Source: a virus
Virus record (IMG/VR): IMGVR_UViG_3300025889_000002
Span: 1 to 64,000 of that record
Reading direction: 5' to 3' (one strand)
Length of the DNA: 64,000 bases
Positions 60,211 through 64,000 of the stretch are shown one piece after another. Within the stretch, counting starts at the first letter, position 1, and each line of letters starts with the position of its first letter. Position numbers and translations under genes: made by a program. A model generated the notes under the pieces. The model saw only the letters and a program-made list of their open reading frames with translations. It did not search any database and was not told the DNA's origin.

Positions 60211-62123
60211 TGGTGTACGCACGCCGCCAGTCGCGGCCTAAGCCCCGCCAAGCCCAAACCCGTAAATGGCCCGCCCCTGTGGCCGGCTGGGTTTCCAACA
60301 GGATGCTTTCTGATCCCAAGTCGATCGAAGGCCCTGGCGCTGCGGTGTTGGACAACTTCTTCCCCCGTGCAACTGGTGTGGCCTTTCGCCGCGGGAAAGC
60401 ACGTTACGCCACGCTTGAGAATGACACGCTGGATGTGCAGGCGCTGTTTACCTATGACAATGGCACAAATGAAAGCCTGTTTGCTGCCAATGCAAGCACG
60501 ATCTATGACATTTCGGATGTGATATTCCCTGAAGCGCTCGACATTACCGACGGCGATGGCGATGCACTGGTTGACGATCTGGGCAATATAATCGGATGGA
60601 GTTCGACCGAAGGACTGGACCGCGCCACTGGCTACACGTCGGGCGATTGGTCCGTTATCCAGTTTGCCACCACGGGCGGGATATTCCTTGTTGGCGTAAA
60701 TGGATCGGACATCGGCTTCATCTATGACGGGACCAACTTCTACCCGAACGTCGTGGGCGGCACGACACAGGTCAATTATGACGGCCTGACCGATGATTTC
60801 ACGCCGGGCGAGGTTATTACGGGCGGCACAAGCGGGGCCACAGGCACGCTATGGCAGCAGAAGTCTGCGACCGATACGACGGGCCAACTGTTCCTGATCG
60901 ATGTCACAGGCACATTTGAAGACGATGAAGAACTGACCGGCGCGACCACTGGCGTTGCTGATGTTATCGGTGATCCGGTAATTGCGGCTCCGGGCATGGA
61001 TTTTGGCGCTTACACGTCTGCCGATATGTCTTTCGTGTGGTCCTACAAGAACCGCCTGTATTTCACCCAGAACGATAGCCTGACGGCTTGGTATCTGCCT
61101 GTCGATCAGATTGGCGGCACGGCAAGCGCGTTCCCTATGGGCGGCATTTTCGCCAATGGCGGCTATCTCATGTTCGGACAACGCTGGTCGCTTGAAGCGG
61201 GCGGGTCCGGCGGCCTTTCCGAACAGAACATCTTCGTGTCGTCTGAAGGCGAGGTCGCAATTTATCAGGGCACGTCACCCGATGAACCTTCAACGTGGTC
61301 GCTGGTGGGGGTCTATCGGATTGGAAACCCGCTCGGGAAACGCGCCTACCTTCGCGGCGGCGGTGACTTGGCCATCGCCACGTCTGTCGGTCTTGTTCCC
61401 TTGTCGAAGGCTATTTCGCTGGATGTGACTGCGCTCAACGTGGGCACGATCAGTTACAAGATCGCCGATGCATGGACTGAAGCCGTGCAACTGCGTGGAC
61501 AGCAGAACTGGCAGTGCATGATCTGGCCCGAAAAGAAATTGGCCGCGATTGCTTTGCCCGACATGATCGGCTCCAGCGATCCCGTCATGTTCATTTCGAA
61601 CACTGAAACAGGCGCATGGGCACGCTATACCAACTGGCAGGGACTTTCTCTGGCAGTGTTCCGCGGGCAACTTTATTTCGGATCCACGGGCGGCAAGGTA
61701 TATCAGGCCGAGGTTGGCGGGCAGGACGACGGGGAAACCTATTCCGGTGCCGTTGTGCCGCTGTTCGATGACCTTGAGTTTTCGGCCGGTGCCAAGGTTG
61801 GCAAGATGGCCCGGGCTCGCGTGCGTGCCTCGACCGAGATCGTGGACAATGTTTCCCTGCTGGCCGATTACAACGTGGACCTTCCTCCCGCTCCCGATGC
61901 GACGGGCGTGTTCGCTTCCAACACTTGGGGCGCAGCCGTTTGGGGTGAGGCGACGTGGGGTGCTGCGGTGCCGAGCGTTATTAATCAGGAATGGCGATCG
62001 GCAGGGGCAGTGGGATATTCGATTGCGCCCTGCTACCAGGTGACCAGCGGAGCCCCTGCGCCTCTGGACGTAGAATTGATCGACATCGATATTCTCTACA
62101 ACACGGCAGAGGCGGTGACTTGA
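60210..62123 (+). CDS. Tail tubular B / stabilisation protein
   Basis: Homologue of 20950-22866. Confidence 0.75.
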   Translation: MVYARRQSRPKPRQAQTRKWPAPVAGWVSNRMLSDPKSIEGPGAAVLDNFFPRATGVAFRRGKARYATLENDTLDVQALFTYDNGTNESLFAANASTIYDISDVIFPEALDITDGDGDALVDDLGNIIGWSSTEGLDRATGYTSGDWSVIQFATTGGIFLVGVNGSDIGFIYDGTNFYPNVVGGTTQVNYDGLTDDFTPGEVITGGTSGATGTLWQQKSATDTTGQLFLIDVTGTFEDDEELTGATTGVADVIGDPVIAAPGMDFGAYTSADMSFVWSYKNRLYFTQNDSLTAWYLPVDQIGGTASAFPMGGIFANGGYLMFGQRWSLEAGGSGGLSEQNIFVSSEGEVAIYQGTSPDEPSTWSLVGVYRIGNPLGKRAYLRGGGDLAIATSVGLVPLSKAISLDVTALNVGTISYKIADAWTEAVQLRGQQNWQCMIWPEKKLAAIALPDMIGSSDPVMFISNTETGAWARYTNWQGLSLAVFRGQLYFGSTGGKVYQAEVGGQDDGETYSGAVVPLFDDLEFSAGAKVGKMARARVRASTEIVDNVSLLADYNVDLPPAPDATGVFASNTWGAAVWGEATWGAAVPSVINQEWRSAGAVGYSIAPCYQVTSGAPAPLDVELIDIDILYNTAEAVT

Positions 62124-62524
62124 TCGTAACAGGCGACCACGTTGCCCAGTTCGTATCTCAACGGCTAGGCTTTGCTCTCTGTCCTCCCTTTACTGCACTC
62201 GGCCTTGAGCGCGATGGCGCATTGGTCGGCGGGGTCATTTTCAACCAGTTCGAAGGCGCGGACGTGCATGTCTCGGCAGCAGGGTCTTGCTGGACACGCG
62301 GCTTTTTGCGGGCGGTGGGGTCTTATGTGTTCGACCAGATGGGGTGCCTGCGCATGACATTCACGACCGAGCAACCCGATGTAGCGGAGTATGCCAAGCG
62401 GCTTGGCGGTGATGTGGAAGGCGTGCTTCGGGACCATTACGGGGAAGGCCGGGATGGCGTGATTATCGGGGTATTGCGAAAAGATTGGAAATTCGGTAAC
62501 AAGAGGGCAACCGAGCGCGGCTGA
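62120..62524 (+). CDS. GNAT-like virion assembly protein
   Basis: Homologue of 22863-23267, TTG start. Confidence 0.7.
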   Translation: MIVTGDHVAQFVSQRLGFALCPPFTALGLERDGALVGGVIFNQFEGADVHVSAAGSCWTRGFLRAVGSYVFDQMGCLRMTFTTEQPDVAEYAKRLGGDVEGVLRDHYGEGRDGVIIGVLRKDWKFGNKRATERG

Positions 62525-62564
62525 ACCTTACTTCACGCGCTTTCCGTGAATGGAAAGCGAGCAA

Positions 62565-63383
62565 GTGAAGACACCTAAAGCGCCCCCTCCCCCGGATCCA
62601 GTAGCGACAGCGCAGGCCCAAGCGGGCCTCAATCTGTCAACTGCCATCACGCAGCAGAACCTCAACATGACCGATCAGGTCAATCCTTGGGGAACGACAA
62701 GCTACACGCAGAACGGCAACACGCGATTCCAGGATAGCTTCGGGAATTGGGTGGAGGTTCCACGCTACACCCAGACAACCGAGTTTTCTCCCGAACAGCA
62801 GGCGATCTTCGACAAGTCGCAGGCTGCACAGACGAACCTTGCCGGTATCGCACAGGAACAGTCTGGCCGCGTGTCGGAAGCCTTGGCTGATCCGTTCTCT
62901 TTCAACAATCAGGACGCAGCAGATTGGGCCTATGACCTTAGCCAGTCTCGCATTGCCCCGCAACAGGCGCAGCAGGAAGCGGCTCTCCGCGACAGGCTGA
63001 TCAATCAGGGTATCCGCCCGGGCACAACTGCTTGGGATGCGGAGATGGGCCGTCAGACGCAGGGCTTCAACGACCAGAACAACCAGCTTGCCCTTACGGG
63101 TCGCAATCAGGCATTTTCGGAAGCCCTCGCAACGCGCAATCAGCCGCTTAATGAGTTGTCCGCGCTGCTCTCCGGGTCGCAAGTGTCGAACCCCGCCCAG
63201 ATGTCTGGCGCCACTCCACAGGTCGGCGTCGGCGGTGTGGACTATTCCGGTATGGTCCAGAACAACTACAACAACCAGATGCAGCAGTATAATGCGCAGA
63301 TGCAGAACCGCGGCGGTATGCTGGGAGGACTGTTCGGGCTTGCAGGTTCCTTGGGTGGGGCCGCTATTCGAGGAGGTTTCTGA
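62565..63383 (+). CDS. DNA ejection/pilot protein 1
   Basis: Homologue of 23305-24123. Confidence 0.7.
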   Translation: MKTPKAPPPPDPVATAQAQAGLNLSTAITQQNLNMTDQVNPWGTTSYTQNGNTRFQDSFGNWVEVPRYTQTTEFSPEQQAIFDKSQAAQTNLAGIAQEQSGRVSEALADPFSFNNQDAADWAYDLSQSRIAPQQAQQEAALRDRLINQGIRPGTTAWDAEMGRQTQGFNDQNNQLALTGRNQAFSEALATRNQPLNELSALLSGSQVSNPAQMSGATPQVGVGGVDYSGMVQNNYNNQMQQYNAQMQNRGGMLGGLFGLAGSLGGAAIRGGF

Positions 63384-64000
63384 TGATCCTCCCCCAAGCA
63401 GCAATGGCCGCAGTCGATCCGGTTGCACAGGCTCTTGCGCCGCCTGAAGCCTTCGTCTGGGGGCACGGCGGGCTCAAGATGACCCCGCAACAGGCCATGA
63501 TGCAGCGGGAGCGCGGTATCGCCCGATCGCAAGGTGACTTTTCGCCTATCCAGAATTGGACGCAGGGCTTGGGCCGTGTGGCCGAGAATGTGCTTGGCGC
63601 CCTTGAGGCACGCAAGGCGGATAAGGCTCTTGCTGCAGGTGCGGAAGCCGATCGAGGGCTTGCAGAGGCTATCGCTGCTGGAGGTGTGGATGATGCCACC
63701 ATTGCCCGGGCGCTGATGGATCCGAATGTGGGTCAGGGCGTGCGCGAATTCGCGGGCATGGAATATGCGGCACGTAGGCCAAAGGCGGCGGCTCCTACCA
63801 ACATCGAAAAGCTTATGATCTCGCGCGGCATTCAGCCCGGTTCGCCGGAATGGAATCGCACGCTTGACGCGGCCCTGCAGAACGAAACCGATCCGTTCGT
63901 GACGTTCCAGGGTCCGACCTATGGTTATACCGGCAGGCAATCTGGTCTTGCCGCTGCAATGCAGGGAGGAGGTGGTCCGGTATCTGGAGCGCAGCCGGGT
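63383..64000 (+). CDS. DNA ejection protein 2, truncated by window end
   Basis: N-terminus homologous to 24123-24887. Confidence 0.65.
   Translation, partial: MILPQAAMAAVDPVAQALAPPEAFVWGHGGLKMTPQQAMMQRERGIARSQGDFSPIQNWTQGLGRVAENVLGALEARKADKALAAGAEADRGLAEAIAAGGVDDATIARALMDPNVGQGVREFAGMEYAARRPKAAAPTNIEKLMISRGIQPGSPEWNRTLDAALQNETDPFVTFQGPTYGYTGRQSGLAAAMQGGGGPVSGAQPG

Larger units (their letters stand above)
40350..64000 (+). mobile_element. Phage genome unit B (partial), related but distinct relative of unit A
   Basis: Same gene order as 1-24700 with diverged homologues and non-homologous accessory swaps. Confidence 0.9.

Noticed and set aside
40350-64000. Simple terminal redundancy or recent tandem duplication
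   Set aside because: The copies differ by many synonymous substitutions and non-homologous modules

Overview
The window is entirely phage DNA. It holds two related but distinct podovirus-like genomes joined head-to-tail. The host is probably alphaproteobacterial, inferred from gene content and promoter style. Unit A is one complete circularly permuted genome of 40,349 bp (1-40349). It runs: exonuclease/ERF/SSB recombination genes, nin-like genes, DUF1376-type initiator with internal iterons, three DNA methyltransferases, terminase/portal/scaffold/capsid, P22-like tail and ejection proteins, tailspike, lysis cassette, a leftward operon of small genes, and a divergent Cro switch with no recognisable CI or integrase. 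Unit B starts at 40350, where bases 1-116 recur exactly, and runs to the window end in the same gene order. B has many synonymous differences and swapped accessory modules. The join may be an assembly chimera, but the pair gives a built-in comparative alignment. The most notable signals are: (1) a ~450-nt promoter-preceded, highly structured non-coding region in B's replication region; (2) a tRNA-like RNA with a competing fold wedged exactly between the two spanin genes; (3) a covarying H-type pseudoknot directly after ssb in both genomes; (4) promoter-cargo-regulator cassettes resembling acr-aca operons; (5) proteins shuffled at short identical DNA linkers; (6) an HNH gene that took over a methyltransferase start and supplies a replacement 5' end. 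All calls come from reading motifs by eye; no database searches or folding programs were run.
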